A DNA stretch of 44,635 nt from a virus (Duplodnaviria; Caudoviricetes): the IMG/VR virus record IMGVR_UViG_3300032312_000606, positions 1 through 44,635 of that record. The stretch is one strand, 5' to 3'. Under the pieces are notes generated by a model. It saw nothing but the letters and a program-made list of their open reading frames with translations, was not told the DNA's origin and ran no database searches. The position numbers and the translations under genes are program-made. Shown piece after piece: positions 31,406 through 41,770 of the stretch. How positions within the stretch are numbered: position 1 is the stretch's first letter; each line of letters opens with the position of its first letter.

Positions 31406-34400
31406 TTACCTCCTACCCTTTTTGCTCAAATAACTGAGCGGCGATTTGGCTGGCGGGGGCAAGTCTTTTACCCCGGTTGATCTAGCACGATCTCTAATAG
31501 CGTGCATCATTTCGTACAGTTTATCGGAACCCGCCTTGGTTGAGCCATTTCCGAGAGCAGACACTACATCGGCAGGGATTACAAACTCACCGTCTGCCAG
31601 CATGGCCGGGATGTCATCAGATTGACCATCACCCATGCCTGTGACTGCATCACCGCGACGGTAGTCGATCCGAGGCTTGCCGGCTGCGTGGACAATGTTC
31701 AGGGCCCCGTGTGCATTATGACCATGCCTAGTGCCACCCTGAGCGTAGGCAGGCACGATGCCGCCAGAGCGGAATTGCATGGGCGCAAACATCGCTGGAG
31801 GTTCAGCAAATCCCAAATCAAAGGATTCGCCACCGCCCATACCTAGCGCATCTTCAATGCTGCCAGATTGACCGTAATTAAAGTAATTGGACACGGGAGC
31901 ACCTTGGGTTCTGGTTTGCGGTAATCCACCGGGCTGTTGAGCCGCTTGTGCGGCGGCTTGATTAGATTCCACCTCTTGCAAGAATGGCGCAAGAGCACTG
32001 ACAAACTTCCCGCCACCGGAAGTAGTAATCGGTCTAGTGGTGAATTCAGGATCCGGGATTATCGGCAGAGCCGCCAACGCAGCCGCAGCCATTCCAGCGG
32101 ACGGGGCAGGAGCCGGGGTAGGGGCCGGCGTCGGCGTTGGAGTCGGCGTCGGGGCTGTTGGTGGCGGCGGGGTTGCGGTGCCCGTGGTTGTATCAACACC
32201 ACCACCGCCAATGATTGTCTCGCCAGCGGGAGGCGGAGGCGTAATTATTGGAGGCGGAGTGATGTTTGTTGGAGGCGGCGTTACGTTTATTGGGGACGGC
32301 GTAATGTTTGTCGGCGTCGGGGTGACGTCGACTGGGGATGGCGTGATGTCCGTCGGTGATGGCGTCACATCTACTGGCGAAGGCGTAATGTCAGTAGGCG
32401 ACGGTGTTACGTCTACCGGGGGTGGAGTGATGTCAGTTGGCGGAGGAGTAACGTCGACCGGAGGAGGCGTGATATCTGTGGGCGGCGGAGTTACATCCAC
32501 AGGTGGTGGCGTGATATCCACCGGGGGTGGGGTCACGTCTACGGGGGGCGGTGTGATATCCGTGGGCGGAGGTGTTACATCCACTGGTGGCGGAGTGATA
32601 TCCGTCGGGGGAGGAGTTACATCTACCGGAGGAGGGGTAATGTCTGTAGGCGGGGGAGTGCCAGTAACAGGACTACTGGTCGGGGCCACAATCCGCGCAG
32701 CAATAGCATCGGCATTTTGTTGATCTATGCCGGCATTACGCAAGATGGATGACAGGGACAGCCTAAACGTATCAGGCCGAGCAGATCCTGACATTGCAGT
32801 CGTTACAAGACTGTTCCGGACTTCTGGGGCAATTGGCGTGTCACCAATAGCTTGGGTCACAGTTTTGCCAATTTCTTCTCTGGCAAACTCAGTGGCAATT
32901 TGATTTGCGGTGCTGGGAAGGTAGTTGTATGTCTCTACCAATTGCTGCGCAAACCGTTGCGTAGCGTTCTGCACGCTAGTTCCAGAGTTAACCGCACTGC
33001 GAAGAGACTGCGCAGCACTGTCTACATCAACGCCTCGAACATCAGTGTTAGTCAGCAGATTGCGTGCGCCGCCATAGGCTTCCACTCCGCCAGCAATTGT
33101 TGAGCCAGTGCCACCACCAATGATGGCGCCCCAAGTGGCGTTGTTGGCCACATCACTCCAGTTGATCGGGGCATTAGAGTTGATGGCTTGGACTAGAGCA
33201 GAGATACCACTCTCTTCCAAAGCCTCGTTAGTTGCATTGAGAGCACCTACACGACCGGTGGCATAACCTCTGGCAACAAGCTCCTGAGCCAGAGTTTGCT
33301 TAATAGCATTGCTGCTAGTAGCCACCTCCGTTGCCGGCTTCACCACAGCCTTGATAAGAGCCGTGCCGCCCGGGAGAGCAGCCAAAGAGCCGGTCACCCC
33401 ACCCGCTGCAGCACCACCGCGGAACGCACGGTCATTGGCCATCGACTGGGCCTGAGCTTCAGTAAGCTCACCACGCGCAACACGCGGGGCCAATTCCGAC
33501 ATGGCCTTGGAGTATTCACTGTTGTATGTAGCACCGGCTGACTCTGCAATCTCCATGACAACACCAGTTGTCACGCCGAATCTGGCGGCAATTGCGGGAG
33601 CCATAGACACCAATCCGGCCATGCCCCTTACGCCCAAGCCAGCGCCAAGGGTGGGCAGTTCCTGAAGGATCTCGGATGCAATGTTGAACGCCGCAAAGCG
33701 CGGATTGTCTGCAGCAAATCGAGCAACATACTCAGCAGTCTCTGCTACGCCGCTGACGTTTTTCAGCCCATCGTAGAATCGCTGCGCGTCGGCAGAGATT
33801 TCCCAAGGTCTGGTTTCGTCAGAGTATGCCTTGGCACTATTAGCAATCCGCGCCAGACCACTGTTCTGGTCGACCAGACCAGCCATGCTTGACATGCCGT
33901 AGATCCAATCGGCGCCATTCGCTAACGCATCGGCGGCAACGCCTTTGACAACCCCATACATGTCAGTGGGTCTGCCATCAGTTGAGAACAGCGCCCGCGG
34001 GTCAATGCCGGCTTCTGCCGCAATATCCACAGTCAGCAAGTCCGGGTCCCATGACTGAGTGACGGAAGGTCCAAATTCCCCGCCCTGCTCTGCTAACTCT
34101 CTGGCCCTTCGCATAGCAGAGCCGTACTCTTCAGGAATCATCAAATCAGCCAAGCCATACTTGGCCAGACCTTCGCGTTGGCGAACCACACCGGGGTCAT
34201 CAAGACGAACAAATTCGCCTTGGTCATACACATACTTAATGCCAGTATCCGGGTCTGCCAGAATTTCTGACGACGGGAAGTAGGTCGTCCTGCCACCGCT
34301 TGTAACGTCACCAAATGACGTGGTCTTGCCAATGACATTGGGCACGCCAGTCTCAAAGTAACTGACACCCGGGGTGGCAGTAGAGGTGCTGGCTTTAGCG

Positions 34401-37054
34401 GCAAAGTCCAGCCCGGTCATCTGCTTGATCTCGCCACCAACATACTTAAGGCCAGACCTAACAAGAGCACCACCGAAGGCACTTATTGGGTCTTGCCCAT
34501 TCCTGATGGCGTCTTGTGCGGCCTTGATTCCATTGTCCACAGCAGCCGTTGTTTTGGCATCCATGGGTGAATCTGGATCAATCCCAAGCTGCCTCTTAAT
34601 GGAATCGGGCTTTAGTAGGTTTGAATCTTGAATCCTGTCATTGGCAACCTCAAAACCTTCAGCCACAAGGTTATTGATAAATGCTTGTTTTGGATCTTGT
34701 CCGTTGATGGCAGCGATCGCTGCCTCGGAGGCAGCCCGCTCCAATGCAGATTTGGCGGTGTCACTTAAATTTTTAGGGACCGAAAGACCATTAAATGAAC
34801 CGGTTCCAAAGCCTTCTTCGCGCAGTTTTACTGGGCTCCAAGCCTCGACCAGATCAGATTTTTTTCCAAAAACCGAATCCTTAGCCGATGCTACCCACCG
34901 GTTAAGTTGCCCCTGAGCGCCCGCAGACAGGCCCTCGATAAACGATTGACTCAGATCTCCGGTGGCAGCAAGGTTGATTGCGAAACTGCTTGCGCCTCGC
35001 GCTATATCCGTGCGGAGTTCAGGGGGAAGACTCTTGAACCACTCTTGTTGTCCCAGTTGCGACGATATGGTGTTGCCAAGGTATGAGGCGGCCCCTGCGG
35101 TTAATCCAGAGGTTGCCGCGCCACTCAAAATCTTGCCAAAGTCAAACTCTCCGCCCGTAATAGCGGTTTTTAAGGTGTTAGTAACCGCGCTACCAACAGC
35201 AGCATTGATTGCCGTGTTGATGGCAATCTGTGCAGCAGTCATGCCAGCACCGCTGGTTGCTAGACCGGTGATTGCCCCACCGATGCCCGGGGCCAAGATG
35301 GCAGCGCCTATCCCCAGAATGATGCCGCCAATACCACCGAAGAACCCACCGTCGTCTGGTTTGGTATAAGACCAATTGGCGCCGGCAAACGAATAGGTGC
35401 CGTTGTCATTTTTGATGAAGTAGGCAGTGTGCCCGCCGGTCTCTTCTGCTTTCGTGGTGGCAGAGAACATCTTGTCGCTGCCAAGCACTGGCTTCAACTT
35501 GAAGCCAATCTCTTCTGCGGTCAGGTCCTTGCGGTCGAAGAACCCACCCACCTTCCGGTACATGGTCGAGGCGACCTTGCCCGCCATCTGCCGTTCCCAG
35601 CCAGACAGCGTGTCATCATTGATGGCATCGCTAAGTTTGGACAGCGAATTCAGGCTAAAGCCAATAGTCGTATCGCCAGACTTGTATCGCTGCGTCAGGC
35701 CATACTTTTCAGCAAAGTCTAGAGCCTGCTTTACGTCTGCATTGACCTTCTGTGCAGCCTCGTAATACGGGCTATCTTTGGTGATGGATGTGACATCAGA
35801 GTAAATTTGCCCCGATGGAGCCGAAGGCGGGGTATACCCGTCATCAATCATTGACTGCCAATCTTCGGCAGTGAACCCCATCTCTTCTGAATACGGGAGT
35901 TGCGCCAGTTCTTCCGGCGTCAAAGGACGACTGTTAGACAGGCGAAGATCCTGATAGCCGCCAGCAGCAAGTCGCGCCTTTTCGGTGTTGTATTCAGCCT
36001 TGTTTGCGTTTTTTTCACCAGTAACAACAAGACTGATTGTCTTGTTCTGGTTCGCCAACAATTCACTTCTTAGGCCAGAGATTGAGCCTACAAGACCTTT
36101 GCTCTGATCCTGCAGAGGCTTTAGTTGATTGTTGAGTTCAGCGAGTTTTGCTTTAACTTCTGGCGTGTACCCCGGGGAACCCTTTTTGGGCAGCGCATTG
36201 ATTTGCTCAACAATCGGGTCAATCTGCTTTTGCAGATCCGTTGATTGCTGAATTAGGTTTTTGTATTCTGTTTGACCAGTGATGAATTCGATCTGGCCCG
36301 TCAAATCATCGACGGTTGTTTGCTTTTTGCCAATTTCACCGGAAAGTGCAGATAGACGATCCTTTTGCTCCTGAGTTCTTTTGTTCTTCGGAATAGAATT
36401 TATTGAACTTTGCTCAGAAACAAGCGCATCAAGTTCGCCTTTGGCAGCGGTTCTTGCAGCGTTGAGAGGGTTAATGTCCGCGACATTGCTTAAAAAATCC
36501 TCTTGCAACTGAGTTGTAAGAAGACGCAACTCAGACTTTTGCGCTTGGCCAAGAGTCGAAAGATCAATCTTTTCGGCTTTTGCAATGCCTCTGTTTGCTT
36601 CATCTTGTTGGCGAAGCAGAGTTCCGAGACTTCCGGTGTATGCGGGCCCCAACACGCCCGTGGCGGCACCATTGCCATAAGAAATGGCAGTTCTTCCGCC
36701 AATAGCGTCAATTTGGTCGCTCAGATTTTGAAGTTGGGACATCTGAGCTTTTGTGCCGGAGTACCCACTAATTCCGCCATAAAAGCCAATGTTCTTCTTC
36801 ATCTGGCCTTGCAGAACATCCCGCTGTCGGTTCAAGTCTGCGAGGCGGGCCTTCTCCGCATCTACTTGGGTTTGCAAGTAGTCATAGACGACATCTCGCT
36901 GGCTGGCCGAATAGCCCTTCGGGTATCTAATCGTTCCTTTGTCATTGACCGGCTTGCCAAGAGCATTTGCCAAGTCTTGAGCAGACGCCTTGGGCTTATT
37001 GGCCGTAGTGCGGGCTTGAGCCAGTGTGATAATCGGGGAGGTCTGCTCTGCCAT
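31406..37054 (-). CDS. Giant virion/ejection protein with Pro-rich repeat and C-terminal GEFV domain
   Basis: About 1880 aa: coiled coil, Gly-rich hydrophobic segments, about 20 heptad repeats, YAQGG...DGQSDDIPAMLADGEFVIPADVV. Confidence 0.65.
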   Translation of the reverse strand: MAEQTSPIITLAQARTTANKPKASAQDLANALGKPVNDKGTIRYPKGYSASQRDVVYDYLQTQVDAEKARLADLNRQRDVLQGQMKKNIGFYGGISGYSGTKAQMSQLQNLSDQIDAIGGRTAISYGNGAATGVLGPAYTGSLGTLLRQQDEANRGIAKAEKIDLSTLGQAQKSELRLLTTQLQEDFLSNVADINPLNAARTAAKGELDALVSEQSSINSIPKNKRTQEQKDRLSALSGEIGKKQTTVDDLTGQIEFITGQTEYKNLIQQSTDLQKQIDPIVEQINALPKKGSPGYTPEVKAKLAELNNQLKPLQDQSKGLVGSISGLRSELLANQNKTISLVVTGEKNANKAEYNTEKARLAAGGYQDLRLSNSRPLTPEELAQLPYSEEMGFTAEDWQSMIDDGYTPPSAPSGQIYSDVTSITKDSPYYEAAQKVNADVKQALDFAEKYGLTQRYKSGDTTIGFSLNSLSKLSDAINDDTLSGWERQMAGKVASTMYRKVGGFFDRKDLTAEEIGFKLKPVLGSDKMFSATTKAEETGGHTAYFIKNDNGTYSFAGANWSYTKPDDGGFFGGIGGIILGIGAAILAPGIGGAITGLATSGAGMTAAQIAINTAINAAVGSAVTNTLKTAITGGEFDFGKILSGAATSGLTAGAASYLGNTISSQLGQQEWFKSLPPELRTDIARGASSFAINLAATGDLSQSFIEGLSAGAQGQLNRWVASAKDSVFGKKSDLVEAWSPVKLREEGFGTGSFNGLSVPKNLSDTAKSALERAASEAAIAAINGQDPKQAFINNLVAEGFEVANDRIQDSNLLKPDSIKRQLGIDPDSPMDAKTTAAVDNGIKAAQDAIRNGQDPISAFGGALVRSGLKYVGGEIKQMTGLDFAAKASTSTATPGVSYFETGVPNVIGKTTSFGDVTSGGRTTYFPSSEILADPDTGIKYVYDQGEFVRLDDPGVVRQREGLAKYGLADLMIPEEYGSAMRRARELAEQGGEFGPSVTQSWDPDLLTVDIAAEAGIDPRALFSTDGRPTDMYGVVKGVAADALANGADWIYGMSSMAGLVDQNSGLARIANSAKAYSDETRPWEISADAQRFYDGLKNVSGVAETAEYVARFAADNPRFAAFNIASEILQELPTLGAGLGVRGMAGLVSMAPAIAARFGVTTGVVMEIAESAGATYNSEYSKAMSELAPRVARGELTEAQAQSMANDRAFRGGAAAGGVTGSLAALPGGTALIKAVVKPATEVATSSNAIKQTLAQELVARGYATGRVGALNATNEALEESGISALVQAINSNAPINWSDVANNATWGAIIGGGTGSTIAGGVEAYGGARNLLTNTDVRGVDVDSAAQSLRSAVNSGTSVQNATQRFAQQLVETYNYLPSTANQIATEFAREEIGKTVTQAIGDTPIAPEVRNSLVTTAMSGSARPDTFRLSLSSILRNAGIDQQNADAIAARIVAPTSSPVTGTPPPTDITPPPVDVTPPPTDITPPPVDVTPPPTDITPPPVDVTPPPVDITPPPVDVTPPPTDITPPPVDVTPPPTDITPPPVDVTPSPTDITPSPVDVTPSPTDITPSPVDVTPTPTNITPSPINVTPPPTNITPPPIITPPPPAGETIIGGGGVDTTTGTATPPPPTAPTPTPTPTPAPTPAPAPSAGMAAAALAALPIIPDPEFTTRPITTSGGGKFVSALAPFLQEVESNQAAAQAAQQPGGLPQTRTQGAPVSNYFNYGQSGSIEDALGMGGGESFDLGFAEPPAMFAPMQFRSGGIVPAYAQGGTRHGHNAHGALNIVHAAGKPRIDYRRGDAVTGMGDGQSDDIPAMLADGEFVIPADVVSALGNGSTKAGSDKLYEMMHAIRDRARSTGVKDLPPPAKSPLSYLSKKGRR
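32229..32660 (-). repeat. Coding tandem repeat, 21 bp / 7 aa (TPPPTDI, TPPPVDV), about 20 units
   Basis: Visible in the translation; synonymous codons vary between units. Confidence 0.95.
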
Positions 37055-37056
37055 GT

Positions 37057-37308
37057 TTAGTCCGAATTGAATGTGCCAAGCAGGGCTGCCGCCCAATCAA
37101 ACCAGTTGGTGAATCCCTCTGGGGCCGGAGCAGCTTCGTTAGTGAAGATGTCAATCGCCAGCAAGCCTCGAGCCCACTGGGTCCAGTCTGTATCTGCCGT
37201 AGGAATGGATAGCTGCTGGGCTGCGTACTGCTCGACCATCAGGGCGCCCCACGACTCAAAGGTGTGGTACCGCGGATCGTAGATCAGTGCGTTAGTAACC
37301 ACGGACAT
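37057..37308 (-). CDS. Small tail-module protein
   Basis: Trp-rich; P.P.GF.NW.DWA; lies between nozzle and ejection genes. Confidence 0.65.
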   Translation of the reverse strand: MSVVTNALIYDPRYHTFESWGALMVEQYAAQQLSIPTADTDWTQWARGLLAIDIFTNEAAPAPEGFTNWFDWAAALLGTFNSD

Positions 37309-39490
37309 CCCCAAAGTCGGCATTCAACAGAAGGCGTCCCAACTGGTAATTTCCACCAGCCACGTTTGACACAAACTTCAATCGCAGTTCGCGCCGCTGT
37401 TCCTTCATGTCAATTTTATTCGTCGTCGGGGTAAACGTGTATGGACCCGTTGTATCGTCCTGCGACTGCGCATACGGTCGACCGGTGATATACAACTCAA
37501 TGTCACCGTCTTGCAGGAAGTCTGGCTCTACACGTTCAAGACGCAGCCACTTATTCTCGCCCATGGGTGACGGTTGCGCTGGGCCACCAGATACCCAGCC
37601 AAGATCATTAGTCTCGAAGTAACTCAGGATGGCGTCGACCTGCTGGCCATTCACGGCATCTGTGCCAATCTCATGTTGATACAGGCTTACTAGCCCGGGC
37701 TCCGTCGAGAACGTCACTGTCTGAGTGCTAGACGACGTCGCGTTAGCCGACAACTGAATACCCTGCGTATAGATGTCAGTTACCGGGATTGAGAAGCCGG
37801 CGCCAGATCCACCGAGACTGGCCGCGGTGGCACTTAGTGCATCACCCACTTGATACCCATATCCGCGGGCCACAATCGTGACCGAGGTAACGGCGCCACC
37901 AGAGACCACTATGTTTGCCTTGGCACCGCCGCCGGACCCGCCGGTCAGCGTGACGTTGTTGTACGTCGCATTCACATATCCAGACCCACCAGTAATTGCC
38001 CCAAGTGTCTGGATGGCACTAGACGTCACGCCAATTACAGTAGACCCAGATGCAATACCAGTACCACTGGCAAGCAACCCAAGCGTGACCAATGGATCCG
38101 CAGTGTCTGAGTAGATATGCGGCTGCCCGTTGGTTAACACATAAGCCCCGGACGTCACAGTCTGTTGTGTCGTAACGTCCCAGTCGGCTGCAATCGGTCG
38201 ACTAAACACCTGCGAGAAGAACCCGGCAGACCGACGAGCCCCGGGTGCGGAGCCTGCGTCATACCAAGTCTGTTCGCGCACGTTGTAGATGATGGCGTCT
38301 GTACATTCAGTGGCATCCCCTCGAGGATAGAACCACCAGATCTCACCGTACCGGGGAACCTTGGTCGCCCAAACCTTCTGACGCTGGGTGTAGTTAAGGT
38401 TGTCAAAGAAGTAGTTCTGATTCATCGGATTCGGAATCTCTTTGACCGTACCGTTGTACAGCAGGAAACGGTCGACGCCGATCCAGTAGTAGATGCCGTC
38501 ATACTCAATCGCGCACTGCGACGACAAAATCGAAGACTGACTGGTGATGATGTCGTAGCGCCAGAACTGAGGCGGGCTTCCAGTCCCACCCACATAGCTC
38601 ACGCGGATCAGGCTATCGAGGCTCCAGAAGAGCCCAGAAGGCGCGTTAGAGCCACCTCTGACAGGGAGCCCTTGGACGATCTTGCCGGAGGCTACATTGA
38701 CCTCATTGGCGTCTGCTGACACCCAGTCTTGAGGGTTACCGGCAGAACAGTTGCGGATGAGACCATCATTCCCGTAGACGAACACATACGGATGCAGAGA
38801 AACGACCCCGCCGGATACAGAGACGTTGTTGCTGAATGTCGCCACCACCGTCGATGCCGGCACTGCGTTAGACAGGACTACGGTCGTGGTGGAGACAGAG
38901 ACAACTGTCGTGTTAGCCGGAATCCCGGTGCCGGTCACAGTCTGGCCAGCACCGATCAAAATATTGGCCGCAGCAATCGTGACTGTCGCCGTACCGGTGG
39001 ACGTAATGGTGTCAGTGAAGACGCCAATCTGACTCATGGTGGTGCCAGTGATGTCACCGATCAGCACCGGGGTATTGGCCTCATTGTCGATGGCAGCAAG
39101 GTTCTGCCCCGGGTGCGCCAACAAAGACTGGTTGCCACCACCTACGTTATACAGAGCATCCATCTGCCACAGGTTCAACGGTGACGCAGTGAAGTTGGAC
39201 AGGGTGAAGTCCAGCAAGCCGGCGCCAACACCGTTGTCGTCCATCTGCAGCACCTGCAGACCATCCGAGTAACCACTAAATACATAATTGACGGCATCAA
39301 TGGGATTGACCCAGATCCCTCTGGAGGGGCCATTTAGATTGCTTGTGATTGCCGAATAGCCGCCCATCTTCCGCGGGCGCCCACGCTGGAACCTGACCCA
39401 CTGACCGTCGCTGTAGAACTCTTTGTCAAAGATTGTGCCATCCCGCTGGATGCCGGCTTTGGTATCTAGGGCAAAGACTTTTGCTGTCAT
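37292..39490 (-). CDS. Tail hub/nozzle protein (P22 gp10 / tubular B-like)
   Basis: WVRFQRGRPRKMGG N-terminus, beta-rich, YYWIGVDRFLLYNGTV, EIWWFYP. Confidence 0.7.
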   Translation of the reverse strand: MTAKVFALDTKAGIQRDGTIFDKEFYSDGQWVRFQRGRPRKMGGYSAITSNLNGPSRGIWVNPIDAVNYVFSGYSDGLQVLQMDDNGVGAGLLDFTLSNFTASPLNLWQMDALYNVGGGNQSLLAHPGQNLAAIDNEANTPVLIGDITGTTMSQIGVFTDTITSTGTATVTIAAANILIGAGQTVTGTGIPANTTVVSVSTTTVVLSNAVPASTVVATFSNNVSVSGGVVSLHPYVFVYGNDGLIRNCSAGNPQDWVSADANEVNVASGKIVQGLPVRGGSNAPSGLFWSLDSLIRVSYVGGTGSPPQFWRYDIITSQSSILSSQCAIEYDGIYYWIGVDRFLLYNGTVKEIPNPMNQNYFFDNLNYTQRQKVWATKVPRYGEIWWFYPRGDATECTDAIIYNVREQTWYDAGSAPGARRSAGFFSQVFSRPIAADWDVTTQQTVTSGAYVLTNGQPHIYSDTADPLVTLGLLASGTGIASGSTVIGVTSSAIQTLGAITGGSGYVNATYNNVTLTGGSGGGAKANIVVSGGAVTSVTIVARGYGYQVGDALSATAASLGGSGAGFSIPVTDIYTQGIQLSANATSSSTQTVTFSTEPGLVSLYQHEIGTDAVNGQQVDAILSYFETNDLGWVSGGPAQPSPMGENKWLRLERVEPDFLQDGDIELYITGRPYAQSQDDTTGPYTFTPTTNKIDMKEQRRELRLKFVSNVAGGNYQLGRLLLNADFGDVRGY

Positions 39491-40728
39491 GGGAACACAC
39501 CACCAGAGACGCCACCAGAGAACGTGCCGGTGCCCGTAATCGAGACTCCAGATGCGGTGACGGCCATTCTTTTGGTGCCCAGAACCGTTATGTCAAACTC
39601 GCCAGCAGCAGCGCGATACACCCCGGTAGATGACTCACTAGCAAAACTCAATGATGGTGATCCAACGCTCCCATCAGATAGACTGACGGATGTAGACCCA
39701 GCGGTGATGGTGTTGGCATTCACCAAATTGACCGAGTCGCAAATCAAGGTCACTTGATTTGCAGCGGGAATAGTCGCAACACCGCCAAGCCCAGTCGACA
39801 CCGTTACGGTATAAGCCCCAACGCCGCCATCGGTGTCATTGATGACGTAGTAGATTTGCACAGTCGGCGGGACAATGATGGTCACATTGCCAGTCAGTGT
39901 CCCGGTGTACTTCTGAATGACGTTTGCCGCCTCTGTGGCGGTCAACGTGTAGGTGCCAGTCGTTACGGCCTTAGTCAACTGGGTGAAGTTGAACTGCGTC
40001 GACTTGCCGAGGCCCACCGTATAGAACGCGGTGCCACTACAGACAATCACCGCCGAGTCCGTGGGCTGCAGAATGATAGATGCGGACCCGTTGATCAGAT
40101 CGCCGCCACTGCCAGCCACGGTCAAAGCGCCCGTGCCGCTATTGCGCAACATGAAGAACCAATTGTTCCCCAAGGTAGATGCGCTAGACAGCGTCACCGT
40201 GCCAGCACCGCCAGTCCACACATAGGTTTGAGCCCGGAAGGTTGCGTTGGCAGTGATGTTGTTGCTGAACGTCGTCACTGGGCTCGATTGATTCAGCGTC
40301 AAACCACTGGCCAACAAGCCATACCCGGCGAGAGTCGCGGCATCAGCACTCGAAGATCCAGCGCCAAATGAGATGTTGCCCCAAGTGCCCTGCTCATTAG
40401 CATTCGTGGTGATGTAGATGTACTTCGTCTCGCCAGCGGCCACCGTGATGATGGTGTTGGTGCCGGCGTAGTCCTTCACCGTGAAACTATTGGCGCCCAC
40501 GTTGCGGATCAGAGCATCGTTACCCACCGACGTCTGATTGGCCGGCGGCATACGAAGCTCAAGGCCGGCAGACGATGCCGTCACCTGCATGATGCGGGCA
40601 GCATAGTCATCCGTAGCATTGCCGTTGATTGGCCATTGCAGTTGAGTGTTAGCCGTCAGGGTGATCGCTCGATACGAGACGTCCGTCGGCTGGATGACAT
40701 TCCCGGTAAATGGAGAGTTGTAGCTCAT
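39487..40728 (-). CDS. Tail structural/fibre-like protein
   Basis: Thr/Gly-rich beta repeats; DGSVGSPSLSFASESSTGVYR motif typical of tail fibres. Confidence 0.65.
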   Translation of the reverse strand: MSYNSPFTGNVIQPTDVSYRAITLTANTQLQWPINGNATDDYAARIMQVTASSAGLELRMPPANQTSVGNDALIRNVGANSFTVKDYAGTNTIITVAAGETKYIYITTNANEQGTWGNISFGAGSSSADAATLAGYGLLASGLTLNQSSPVTTFSNNITANATFRAQTYVWTGGAGTVTLSSASTLGNNWFFMLRNSGTGALTVAGSGGDLINGSASIILQPTDSAVIVCSGTAFYTVGLGKSTQFNFTQLTKAVTTGTYTLTATEAANVIQKYTGTLTGNVTIIVPPTVQIYYVINDTDGGVGAYTVTVSTGLGGVATIPAANQVTLICDSVNLVNANTITAGSTSVSLSDGSVGSPSLSFASESSTGVYRAAAGEFDITVLGTKRMAVTASGVSITGTGTFSGGVSGGVFP

Positions 40729-41363
40729 GAATCCCTCACAACAGTCTGACGGTCACCGATACGAGAAACGTCCTCTGCCTTCAGGACATTCATGATGTTC
40801 GTGTATTGCGCCTGCCACATCTGCATACGCTCGTCGTTCTTCAGGAACGGCATAGCCTGCAGCAGCGACCCGTACAGCAGGGCTTGCGGCGCGTAGATGG
40901 TGAACCAGTTGGTTTGATTGGACGAGTCCAGCGGCTGGATGCGCTCGTAGTACGTCACCTCGAACGCATAGTCATCAGCGGGCGTCGGCACCACTAGCCA
41001 GTGCGTGTAGTCATAGTCTGCGTAGTATTCCGGCACGCCGGTCTGGGTAGGATCTGGCCAGTATGTGCGCAGATATTCATACGGTCGCAGGAAAATAGAC
41101 CGCTTCTCTCCGGCCACTGTGACGTTCATTGACACCGTCTTGTGCCAACGAGCGGGCTTATCAATCACGTCCTGCGCCTGCACCATGTTGCTATTCATCA
41201 CAACACGGTTACCCAAAAACTTAATCTCGGCGGCAATAACCTGCTCCGCCAACATAATGAAGGTCGGAATCTTATCCAGCGTTGCCTGATCGGTACGCTC
41301 CAAATAGGTGGAGATGTCGTCGACCAAGCTGTCATACGTCATAACTGCGGCTACGGTCATCAC
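40725..41363 (-). CDS. Head-tail adaptor (tubular A / P22 gp4-like)
   Basis: TYDSLVDDI..YL.R..IPTFI.LAE; P.YY; PTP; LLYGSL. Confidence 0.75.
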   Translation of the reverse strand: MMTVAAVMTYDSLVDDISTYLERTDQATLDKIPTFIMLAEQVIAAEIKFLGNRVVMNSNMVQAQDVIDKPARWHKTVSMNVTVAGEKRSIFLRPYEYLRTYWPDPTQTGVPEYYADYDYTHWLVVPTPADDYAFEVTYYERIQPLDSSNQTNWFTIYAPQALLYGSLLQAMPFLKNDERMQMWQAQYTNIMNVLKAEDVSRIGDRQTVVRDS

Positions 41364-41767
41364 CAGCTCCTATATTTGGCAGTCTTCTTGGCTATTTTCT
41401 CAGGTTGGGACACAAACTGTCTGCCCTGTGCCTTGCCTTCGCGCTTTGCGCGAGTGGTAGAAGCATATTCCGAGGGCGATAGTGACTCAATCGCCTTCTT
41501 TGGCAGATACCGCTCGCCAGTGGCTTCAGAGCCCTGCGTCGACGGTTTGCCAGACTTGGTACCCCAGTCCTGTTTGGACCACTGAGAAAGACTGTTATCT
41601 GCCTTCTTGGGGCCCTTATAGCCGCCACCAGACGATTTGTACTTCTGGGTGGCTAGTTGGGCCTTACGAGCACTCCACTGCCCCGGGGAGCCGCCCTTGC
41701 CAGACGCCTTCACTGAGGCGACGATGCGCTTCCACTTGCCCGGGTCAGTCTTCTTTGCTGTGCTCAT
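41360..41767 (-). CDS. Highly basic protein (DUF5872-like)
   Basis: GGSPGQWSARKAQL..Y...GGGY..W.KQDW..RYLPKKA. Confidence 0.6.
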   Translation of the reverse strand: MSTAKKTDPGKWKRIVASVKASGKGGSPGQWSARKAQLATQKYKSSGGGYKGPKKADNSLSQWSKQDWGTKSGKPSTQGSEATGERYLPKKAIESLSPSEYASTTRAKREGKAQGRQFVSQPEKIAKKTAKYRSW

Positions 41768-41770
41768 GGC

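Noticed and set aside
32037-32723. 228-aa Gly/Val-rich plus-strand ORF
   Set aside because: Antisense shadow of the proline repeat.
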